A DNA stretch of 37,564 bases, from positions 1 to 37,564 of the IMG/VR virus record IMGVR_UViG_3300032332_002234. One strand, given 5' to 3'. The translations under genes were made by a program, and so were the position numbers. Positions within the stretch are counted from its first letter, which is position 1. Every line of letters begins with the position of its first letter. The stretch comes from a virus (Duplodnaviria; Caudoviricetes). This document shows, one piece after another, positions 18,931-26,832 of the stretch. The notes under the pieces were generated by a model, which was not told the origin of the DNA, did not search any database, and was given only the letters and a program-made list of their open reading frames with translations.

Positions 18931-21282
18931 ATGTCAGTCATTCCTGTTAGTCCCGATTTAATCGAGGTGACGACGCTGCTCTTGCAGCCAAGTCAGTCTT
19001 TCTCGTCATCATCATCTGGGCTAACAGGAAGTATCCGTCTAGCTTCGAAGCCAACCCAGTCGATATTGGCACTTGATCCTTATAAATCGGGTTCTATCTT
19101 CGTCGAAACTTCAGGGGTCACATCTGATAGTGATCTGCTTTACTCTGCATCCCAGGCGTACATTGCTGGTGTTCAAGATATTAGCGGATTAATTTCGTCT
19201 TATCTGACACAAGTAAGTGACTCTGCTGTTGAGCGGACGCAATTTCTTACGACGTCTCCAACAAGATTTACTTCATCTAATTTTGTACTTGAACCTTCTT
19301 TTAATATCACAACTGGTGAAGCAAAGGTTCCAGTAGATTATAACGAATGGACAAATTTGCAGAGAAGAACGCTTAGAAGCGTCTTAATTCCATCTCAAAT
19401 TGTCGAAAATCCGCTATCTTCATATGGTTATGTCAATTATCATAGCCTAAATTTTCTTTCATCAAACAATTTCTCAACAGGATCGGGGATAATTTATCCC
19501 AATTTTCCCAATGCTTTGGGCAATCGAGATTACACGCCTGATAATGACTTTACGATTGATTTCTTTATTAAGCCTAAAGCACAACTAGAAACAAGCGGAA
19601 TCTATAATCCAGGGACTATTTTCCATTTATCGTCTTCTATTTGCGTTTCATTGATTAGCGGTTCTGAACTGGGAATTGATCAAAAACCAGAATCTTTTAG
19701 GATACTTTTGCAGTTAAGTCGGAGTGCCGATATTGCTCCTTCGTTGATCAATCCAACACTACTCCCGCTTTCAGCACCTAATGATTTAATCTTTACATCT
19801 GATGATATTCTTAAAAGAGATTCATGGCATAGAGTCACTATTAGGTGGGGATCATCTACTAGAAGCTATGGATCAGGCTCAATTAAGGTAGATGACGCTT
19901 CATACTCATTTAGCGCGAACTATGCTAGCATCTCAACAAAAGTTTCAAATGACGCGCTTGTTATTGGCAACTATTATGATTCTGGTGATAGAATAGCAAA
20001 ATTTTTTAATAGTCTTGCAAGCGTTGAATATGGCACCGAACAAGATCCCATATTCGGGACCGCAGATCCCAATAACTATAAATTTGCACATCAACTCAAC
20101 GCAGAGCTTCATCATCTATCTCTTTTCAAGAGATATCTTGGTGATCAAGAATTATTAAAAATTAATGATCTTTATCCTTCGTCATCGGACACGAGGGGCC
20201 CCAGCTTTTTTGTTGCACCCTTTTTTACATCATCCGTAGATCTTTATAAGACGTATGATACGCCTACAATACGATCATTACGGACAACTGACAGCCCATT
20301 TTCATACCAGTTATCAGCAGGCTACAATGCCTACTATTTAAATCTTCAAAATTTTACAATAGACTTTTCAAAGAAGAAACAACCTCGTCTAAATGGTATG
20401 AGTGAGGGTAGCACAATCACTACACCATTTGATTCAAGATACGACTCAGTTGACAACCTTTTAATGAGTCAATCGATCAATAGACGAAGAAATTTTTCCA
20501 TTTTGCCCTGTGATGATGGTAATTTTTCTCCTGACTTTAGCGTCATCAAGGATGATACAAGATTCCAGATTGTAGCAGGTCGAAAAGATTCAATGTTTTT
20601 GTCACTTGAATCGCTTGTACCATCAGGAACTTATATTCCAGGTGCCGAATTTTCAGATTTCTCATATGACGGGACTGATTGGCCGTATTTGCCACTTTAC
20701 CAAGATAAAAATTATCTTTCTAGAACAACCACTAGAGTTGATAATAGCTCGAATCGAGTCACTATCTTTTCGATTCCAAATGCCTACTTTTTGAATCGCA
20801 TCGTTCCCGGTTCATTTGTGATAACAGATCCTAACGTTTCAGGTTCTGGCGGTCTATCTTTCACATTAAAGGACGATGGCAGAGGGAATCTCTATCGCGC
20901 TGACGCCAAAACGGGGCACGCAAAATGGAATCGCGTGGGTGCCATCTTCTATCCCCAGGGTATCGTATCGATTTTGTCTCCACATCTTCCCTATTTTGGA
21001 AAGAATGCATTTGAGATGACATTTAGAGGAGAGGTCAGAAAATCAGTTGCTAATTACACAGTTCCTGCCACAGCAGGTTCAGTGAATACCTCTTACAATC
21101 CCACGTATAAGCAATTTCCACCCACCCAGCTTCGTTCTGAGCAAGCTGATGATTTCGTTTATATTACAGGCATTAACTTGCACGACGAAAATCTTAATGT
21201 TATTATGCGTGCCAAGCTCGCCCAAGCAGTTCAAAAACGTGAAGGTGACGAGATTGTGTTCCGTCTAAGATATGACTTCTAA
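18931..21282 (+). CDS. Tail/baseplate structural protein with a LamG-like domain (783 aa)
   Basis: LamG-like FTIDFFIKP..WHRVTIRW..LVIGN. GAIFYPQGIVSI and the C-terminal YITGINLHDENLNVIMRAKLAQAVQK..FRLRYDF are shared with the upstream gene. Confidence 0.75.
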   Translation: MSVIPVSPDLIEVTTLLLQPSQSFSSSSSGLTGSIRLASKPTQSILALDPYKSGSIFVETSGVTSDSDLLYSASQAYIAGVQDISGLISSYLTQVSDSAVERTQFLTTSPTRFTSSNFVLEPSFNITTGEAKVPVDYNEWTNLQRRTLRSVLIPSQIVENPLSSYGYVNYHSLNFLSSNNFSTGSGIIYPNFPNALGNRDYTPDNDFTIDFFIKPKAQLETSGIYNPGTIFHLSSSICVSLISGSELGIDQKPESFRILLQLSRSADIAPSLINPTLLPLSAPNDLIFTSDDILKRDSWHRVTIRWGSSTRSYGSGSIKVDDASYSFSANYASISTKVSNDALVIGNYYDSGDRIAKFFNSLASVEYGTEQDPIFGTADPNNYKFAHQLNAELHHLSLFKRYLGDQELLKINDLYPSSSDTRGPSFFVAPFFTSSVDLYKTYDTPTIRSLRTTDSPFSYQLSAGYNAYYLNLQNFTIDFSKKKQPRLNGMSEGSTITTPFDSRYDSVDNLLMSQSINRRRNFSILPCDDGNFSPDFSVIKDDTRFQIVAGRKDSMFLSLESLVPSGTYIPGAEFSDFSYDGTDWPYLPLYQDKNYLSRTTTRVDNSSNRVTIFSIPNAYFLNRIVPGSFVITDPNVSGSGGLSFTLKDDGRGNLYRADAKTGHAKWNRVGAIFYPQGIVSILSPHLPYFGKNAFEMTFRGEVRKSVANYTVPATAGSVNTSYNPTYKQFPPTQLRSEQADDFVYITGINLHDENLNVIMRAKLAQAVQKREGDEIVFRLRYDF

Positions 21283-21805
21283 GAAGATTTTAGGACTTGA
21301 CATTTCAACTTCTTGCACGGGCGTCTGCTGTCTTGATGATAGCGGAAAGATCCAGTTAATTCATCCCATTGTTCTTACAAAGCACAAAACATTTATTGAA
21401 AAATGCAATTTTGTGAGGACATCTCTTGAAGAGATTTCAAAATCTCATAAAATTGATGAGATCTATATTGAGCAGAATCTCTCATCTTTTCGTAGAGGTT
21501 TATCATCTGCGCATACTATCAATACACTTGCAAGATTTAACGGTGCTTGCGATTTCATAACCTATCAGGTGTTTGGTGTTGTACCCGTGTCGTTAGGTGT
21601 TGTGAATGCCAGAAATCATCTTAAGATTAAAATTGATCATAAAGACAAATCAATAACAACAAAACAGAAAGTTTTTAACTGGGTTAGCTGTGTCACTGAG
21701 GTTGATTGGCCCCTGAAAAAGACGGGCGAAATCAAGGAGATCTGCTTCGACATGGCAGATGCCTATGTCATCGCGCTAGCAGGTTTAAAGGGTTGTAAAG
21801 AATAG
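21272..21805 (+). CDS. ruvC: RuvC-like Holliday junction resolvase (177 aa)
   Basis: RNase H-fold acidic residues in ILGLDISTSCTG, IYIEQ and DMADAYVIA. Overlaps the tail gene by 11 nt. Confidence 0.85.
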   Translation: MTSKKILGLDISTSCTGVCCLDDSGKIQLIHPIVLTKHKTFIEKCNFVRTSLEEISKSHKIDEIYIEQNLSSFRRGLSSAHTINTLARFNGACDFITYQVFGVVPVSLGVVNARNHLKIKIDHKDKSITTKQKVFNWVSCVTEVDWPLKKTGEIKEICFDMADAYVIALAGLKGCKE

Positions 21806-21827
21806 CCGCGTCGCAGACAAATTAAGA

Positions 21828-22796
21828 GTGCAGCCAACTTACACAGAAAAAATTATCTTTGTCGAAAAAACCTTCGGAAAGGGCTCAATCTCAAGAGACG
21901 GCAATGATATCGCTGTCTCTTGTCCTATCTGCAAGGACACAAAAAAGAAGAAACTTTCAGTTTCTTTATCCACGTGGAATTTCCACTGTTGGGTTTGCGG
22001 GACAAAGGGAAAGACGCTCCTCCCCGTCCTTAGGAAGTTTGCAAGTAAAGATGTAATAAATTTTTACAGACAATCTTTCTTAAATCAGAAATTTGACAAA
22101 GATGACACCAATGATGTGCTTGAAGAGCAGAAGTTTGAGTACCCTGATGAGTTTGTTCCACTTGTCAGTGTCTTAGATTCTAAAAACCCTAACATTCGAT
22201 CAGTCATCTCTTATCTTCGTTCTCGGTCATTGACAGAAGCAGACTTTTACAAGTTTCGTGTGGGTGTCACTCCTGATGGACGCGATCCTCGACGTGCTTA
22301 TTTTATCTCGCTTGATGATGAGGGTGAAGAAAACTATTTCGTATCTCGTAGTATAGATGATCACTCACGGCAAAGATATGTCAATTCGAATGTCGATAAA
22401 ATGAAGATCATTTTTAATGAGTGTGACATTGACTGGGATGAGCCGATCGTCTTAGTTGAAGGTGTTTTTGATCAAATTCGTCTTGGAAGAAACAGTGTTT
22501 GTCTTTTAGGGTCAAGCTTGCCTGAATCTAGCTACCTTTTTAAGAAACTCGTTGCAAATGAAGCAAGCGTAATCCTTGCGCTTGACAGCGATGTTATTAC
22601 AAAATCAAACAAGATCGCTGACATCTTGATCAGTTATGGCTGTGATGTCAAAATTTTTCCTCTCCTGGGTGAGAAAGATGTGGGATCAATGACAAAAGAA
22701 CAGATTGAGAAATCGATGAATGAGCTTGTTCCTTGGTCCAGTAAGACAAGTTTGTTATCAAAGATCAGCATGATAAGAAGTGGGACATTGTTCTGA
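21828..22796 (+). CDS. dnaG: DnaG-type DNA primase (Zn-binding domain plus TOPRIM; 322 aa)
   Basis: CPIC..HCWVC zinc domain; TOPRIM motifs LVEGVFD, LALDSD and KDVG. GTG start. Confidence 0.85.
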   Translation: MQPTYTEKIIFVEKTFGKGSISRDGNDIAVSCPICKDTKKKKLSVSLSTWNFHCWVCGTKGKTLLPVLRKFASKDVINFYRQSFLNQKFDKDDTNDVLEEQKFEYPDEFVPLVSVLDSKNPNIRSVISYLRSRSLTEADFYKFRVGVTPDGRDPRRAYFISLDDEGEENYFVSRSIDDHSRQRYVNSNVDKMKIIFNECDIDWDEPIVLVEGVFDQIRLGRNSVCLLGSSLPESSYLFKKLVANEASVILALDSDVITKSNKIADILISYGCDVKIFPLLGEKDVGSMTKEQIEKSMNELVPWSSKTSLLSKISMIRSGTLF

Positions 22797-22802
22797 TATT
22801 TA
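22796..22802 (+). promoter_or_regulatory. Putative late promoter (ATATTTA), 5 nt before an ATG with no SD
   Basis: gATATTTAg followed by ATG at 22808. Confidence 0.5.
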
Positions 22803-22807
22803 GTAAT

Positions 22808-23116
22808 ATGACAAACATAAAAGAATTGAGAAACATAATCAGATCAGTCATTCAAGATGATGCGTTGTACAAGCGACGTGATTTGCCCGGTGATCTTGAT
22901 GATCCTGTCGCAGGTGAAGAATGTGACAGTGATTGCGATTGTGACGATTGCTCGGGTAAAGAAGATTACGTCACTCCAAAATACGCGCTTTACTCAATGA
23001 TTGAGAGCGCAATTGACATTTACGATAGAATGGAAGATGAATCTTTTGAAGATGATATGATGAATCAGAAGATTTTTAAGATTGCCGAAATTATTCATCG
23101 AATGAAAGTTGAATAG
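22808..23116 (+). CDS. Small acidic hypothetical protein with a Cys/Asp cluster (102 aa)
   Basis: Fills the intergenic gap. N-terminal KELRNIIRSVI helix and ECDSDCDCDDC cluster. Confidence 0.7.
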   Translation: MTNIKELRNIIRSVIQDDALYKRRDLPGDLDDPVAGEECDSDCDCDDCSGKEDYVTPKYALYSMIESAIDIYDRMEDESFEDDMMNQKIFKIAEIIHRMKVE

Positions 23117-23137
23117 TTCTAAAACACGCATTAAAAT
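23109..23137 (+). promoter_or_regulatory. Sigma70-like promoter TTGAAT-N17-TAAAAT; probable leaderless start at ATG 23144
   Basis: -35 at 23109-23114, -10 at 23132-23137, ATG 6 nt further on, and no SD. Confidence 0.55.
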
Positions 23138-23143
23138 TGCTTT

Positions 23144-26100
23144 ATGAAGATAGCACATTTTGCAGATGTTCATTTTCGTGGGCTCGCTAGACACGCTGAA
23201 TACCGTGAAGCTTTCGAAGATGCTTTTAAGACACTTCGCAATCTCAAGCCCGATTTAATCTATATCGGGGGTGATATTGTCCATTCAAAGACACAGGGCA
23301 TCACACCTGAGTTGATTGATATTCTTAGCTGGTGGTTTAAATCATTAGCTGAGATTGCGCCCGTTGATGTCCTCCTTGGCAATCATGACGGCCTTATTAT
23401 GAACAAGGGTCGACAGGATGCTGTCTCTCCAATTATTGCTGCACTTAATGACCCACGAATTAGATTATTAAAGCAGTCAGGAATCTATGATACAATTGAT
23501 GCAAGCGTCAAATTCTATGTTTTTTCACTTTTTGATAGAGATGGCTGGAAAGATGTTAAGCCTGAAAGGGGCACCATCAACATAGCGTTATATCACGGAT
23601 CCGTTCAAGGTGCCCTTTCAGATACCGATTATGAGCTTGAGGGTGAGACAACGCTCTCATTCTTTGAAAAATTTGATTTTTCACTTTTGGGTGATATTCA
23701 CAGGAGGCAGTTTCTAAACAAGCAGAGAACAATTGCTTATTGTGGTTCAACTATTCAGCAGAACTATTCAGAAGAACTTGTCAAAGGCTTTCTGATGTGG
23801 GACATCAGATCGCGTGATGATTTTGATGTCAATTTTCATCCTGTTAAAAATGTTCATCCTTTTTATACCATTGAATGGTCAGATTTAACCGATGCGCAAG
23901 AAGTTATCAAAAGCCTACCTAAGTTTTCAAGAATTAGGCTCGATGTTCGTTCAAAAAACACAGACAAATTAAAGAAATTTTGTCATCAGATTGAAACTGA
24001 TCTATCGCCGATTGAAATCACTTACAAGACAAATTCAGAGCTTGAAACGACAGAAAATAAGATAATTGAAGCTAACTCAACAATCGATGTCAAACAGGCA
24101 CTCGTTGATTACATTGTCAATAGAGTTCCTGCCGGCCCTGTGACAGAAGCAGCTCTTTCCAGGCTTGACTATTATCTCTCTTCACGTGAGGGAAGTGATG
24201 AATCAATTAGAAATATCAAGTGGGATCTAAATCGTATTGATTTCGACAATCTGTTTGCTTATGGCGAGAACAATTACATAGATTTTCGATCTCTCCCAGG
24301 AATCACGGGAATTTTTGGTAAGAACAGGTCAGGTAAGTCATCAATCATCGGGACAATCGTCTATTCTCTCTTTAATACGACAGATAGGGGTAGTCTTAAA
24401 AATTTGCACGTCATCAATGCAAAAAAGAATTCCTGTCGTTCTCGAGTCAATCTGTCAATTGCATCAAACAGCTACGAGGTTTTTCGAGAGACGACCAAGA
24501 ACTTCCCAAAGAAAGCAGACGTGTGGGCATCGACAACCCTGTCAGTCACAAAGATGGGTACTGAAATTGCTGAAAGCATCGATCTTAATGATGAACAGCG
24601 ACGTGAAACAGAGAAAATTCTTCGAAAAATGATTGGAACTTCTGAAGATTTTTTCTATACGTGTTTGGCGCCGCAAGGCAATATGAATCTTTTCATTGAT
24701 GAGAAATCGACTGCAAGAAAGCAGATGCTGACACGTTTTCTTGATATTGATTATCTTGAAGAACTGCAAAATCGTGTCAAATCTGATATTTCACCATTTA
24801 AGGCAAAGCTCAAGAATGCAAAGTCAGAGCAAGAGTGTCAATCTTTAATTGAAAACTTTGAGAAAAAGATTGAAGAACTCCAGGCAGAAAAAGAGTACTG
24901 CCTTAATGAAGCCGATCGTCTCAGGAATGATATCGCTGCAATTGCCAGCAAGATTCCTCAAGATATTGTTAAGAATCGTCGAGATTTAAACAAGCACAAG
25001 AATGATAAGAGTAATCTTGAACAAGAGATTGAGCGACTAAAGAATCAGCTAAATGACGAAGAAGAAAAGTCAAGAGGGATTAAAGAAAAGCTTGAAAAAG
25101 CCGAATCTGTTCTTGCGGGTATAAATTTCGATGAACTAGAAAAGTCAGCGGATGATCAACGTGTCATCACGCATCAGATTGATGCTGATGAACGTGATTT
25201 GAAGTCAAAAAAGCGCGAGCGAGAGATGCTCGCCAAGTCGGTTGAGCTATTAGATAAAGTTCCTTGCATGGGTCAATTCCCCACTTGTCAGTTTATCTGT
25301 GATTCACACAAGAACAAGGAAAAGCTTCCTACTATAGACCAGCAGATCGACAATAAAGACCGTTCTATCACGATTCTAAAAAATCGATCTGCTTCTTTAA
25401 CGGCAAATAATCCCGCAGGTGGTCTGCAAAAAGCCAATAAAATCAAAGATCTGAAGAAAGATCTCAATATTGAACTGAGCAAGCATGAGTCGAAGATCGT
25501 TATTGCGTCTGAGAGGTTGCGCAGTAAGCAAGAAGAACACACTTTACTTTCTAAGAAAATTGACGATCTCTCCGAAAAGCTTGTGGGATTAGACGACACT
25601 GACGATTCACGTATTGATAAACTTCAAGCAGATCTAAAGAAATTTGAGCAGAAATCTATCACGTGCGCCACAGATATCGGAATTAATTCGGAAAAGATAA
25701 ACCAGATTAAGACCCAGATGTCAGAGTTGTCATCCGCTCAGGAAACAGTTCGTGTTCTTGAGATACTGGAGGCAGCTTTCTCCAAGAAGGGAGTCCCGCA
25801 GGATGTCATCATGCGTGCGCTTCCTAGGCTGAATGCTGAAATTGCTGAGATTCTTGATGGCATCGCAGGCTTCACGGTTGAAGTGGAGTGTGATGACACA
25901 AACTCTGTTGAAATTTACCTCAATTACGGTGACAGTCGACGACTCATTGAATTAGGTTCGGGTATGGAAAAGATGATTTCATCAATCGCGATTCGCGTTG
26001 CGCTTACGAATATCTCGTCTCTTCCAAAATCTAGCATGTTGATCATTGATGAAGGATTTGGTGCACTTGACGACAATAACCTTGAAGCATGTGCGCGTCT

Positions 26101-26230
26101 TTTGACAAATCTGAAGAACTATTTCAAAAATATTCTTATTATTTCACATGTTGATGCAATCAAGGACATCGTCGACAATGTTATCGATATCAGCTGGGAG
26201 GACGGATTTGCAAAAGTCACATGCGAATAG
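23144..26230 (+). CDS. Fused Mre11/SbcD nuclease and Rad50/SbcC ATPase (T4 gp47-gp46-like; 1028 aa)
   Basis: Phosphoesterase motifs HFADVH, GGDIVH, GNHD, YHG and LGDIH. Walker A GKNRSGKSS, Q-loop APQG, coiled coil with central cysteines, signature GSGME, Walker B IIDEGFGALD, H-loop ISH. Confidence 0.92.
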   Translation: MKIAHFADVHFRGLARHAEYREAFEDAFKTLRNLKPDLIYIGGDIVHSKTQGITPELIDILSWWFKSLAEIAPVDVLLGNHDGLIMNKGRQDAVSPIIAALNDPRIRLLKQSGIYDTIDASVKFYVFSLFDRDGWKDVKPERGTINIALYHGSVQGALSDTDYELEGETTLSFFEKFDFSLLGDIHRRQFLNKQRTIAYCGSTIQQNYSEELVKGFLMWDIRSRDDFDVNFHPVKNVHPFYTIEWSDLTDAQEVIKSLPKFSRIRLDVRSKNTDKLKKFCHQIETDLSPIEITYKTNSELETTENKIIEANSTIDVKQALVDYIVNRVPAGPVTEAALSRLDYYLSSREGSDESIRNIKWDLNRIDFDNLFAYGENNYIDFRSLPGITGIFGKNRSGKSSIIGTIVYSLFNTTDRGSLKNLHVINAKKNSCRSRVNLSIASNSYEVFRETTKNFPKKADVWASTTLSVTKMGTEIAESIDLNDEQRRETEKILRKMIGTSEDFFYTCLAPQGNMNLFIDEKSTARKQMLTRFLDIDYLEELQNRVKSDISPFKAKLKNAKSEQECQSLIENFEKKIEELQAEKEYCLNEADRLRNDIAAIASKIPQDIVKNRRDLNKHKNDKSNLEQEIERLKNQLNDEEEKSRGIKEKLEKAESVLAGINFDELEKSADDQRVITHQIDADERDLKSKKREREMLAKSVELLDKVPCMGQFPTCQFICDSHKNKEKLPTIDQQIDNKDRSITILKNRSASLTANNPAGGLQKANKIKDLKKDLNIELSKHESKIVIASERLRSKQEEHTLLSKKIDDLSEKLVGLDDTDDSRIDKLQADLKKFEQKSITCATDIGINSEKINQIKTQMSELSSAQETVRVLEILEAAFSKKGVPQDVIMRALPRLNAEIAEILDGIAGFTVEVECDDTNSVEIYLNYGDSRRLIELGSGMEKMISSIAIRVALTNISSLPKSSMLIIDEGFGALDDNNLEACARLLTNLKNYFKNILIISHVDAIKDIVDNVIDISWEDGFAKVTCE

Positions 26231-26456
26231 CGTTGATATGCCCTTCTTTTGCAAGATCTGTGAATTTCCACACGACCTAAGCAGAGATTGGCAGTATTAT
26301 CAGAAGTTTGAAATGTGTCAGGAATGTTCAATGACCCTCGTCGAAGCACGCCAAGAAGAATGGCGTGCAGGATGGAGGCCTACCCAAGAACAGATAGATA
26401 TGTATATTGATAGTCGAATGTGTCTGATTAGACACTCAAGAGGTTATGATGCTTAG
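26208..26456 (+). CDS. Small Zn-finger protein (CxxC...CxxC)
   Basis: CKIC and CQEC. SD GGAGG (26197-26201) favours TTG 26208 over the track start at 26148; ATG 26238 is an alternative. Confidence 0.65.
   Translation: MQKSHANSVDMPFFCKICEFPHDLSRDWQYYQKFEMCQECSMTLVEARQEEWRAGWRPTQEQIDMYIDSRMCLIRHSRGYDA
26398..26404 (+). promoter_or_regulatory. Putative late promoter (ATATGTA) ahead of the packaging operon
   Basis: ATANKTA variant about 40 nt upstream of the gene preceding terL; it lies inside the Zn-finger ORF. Confidence 0.35.
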
Positions 26457-26832
26457 TATGCAAGAAGTGAACGCGTTAGGTCAGATCCTAAATGACACAT
26501 GGGGTGCAACATCAACCGTAAAGTCACCAACGTGCTCAATTAAGTGCGTTATGCAGGGTGATGTTATTGTTTTCACTTACACCACTATCACTAATATCGT
26601 CATGGGGCTTAACCCGCGTGATCAGGTTCGTGAGCAAGAGCGTGAATCAGTTCAGATGCTCAAGGACCATGTCAAAAATATCGAGAAAGCGTTTAAAGAG
26701 TCAACAGGCAAGAAGCTAAATCTAAAAGAAATCGGATCAGATGACTCTGTTGAAATGATTTCTATGTCTCCACATAATCCAAAAAGAACCGCGTATTATC
26801 GGAGAAAGTCAGTCTATCAGATCGGTGTCTAG
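26446..26832 (+). CDS. Hypothetical protein immediately upstream of terL (128 aa)
   Basis: SD GAGG; TAGTG coupling to terL. Confidence 0.75.
   Translation: MMLSMQEVNALGQILNDTWGATSTVKSPTCSIKCVMQGDVIVFTYTTITNIVMGLNPRDQVREQERESVQMLKDHVKNIEKAFKESTGKKLNLKEIGSDDSVEMISMSPHNPKRTAYYRRKSVYQIGV

Noticed and set aside
21272-26230. RuvC plus SbcCD-like genes as a Cas12/TnpB or anti-phage defence system
   Set aside because: The RuvC is a stand-alone 177-aa resolvase with no array or guide locus, and the neighbours are standard phage replication and recombination genes.
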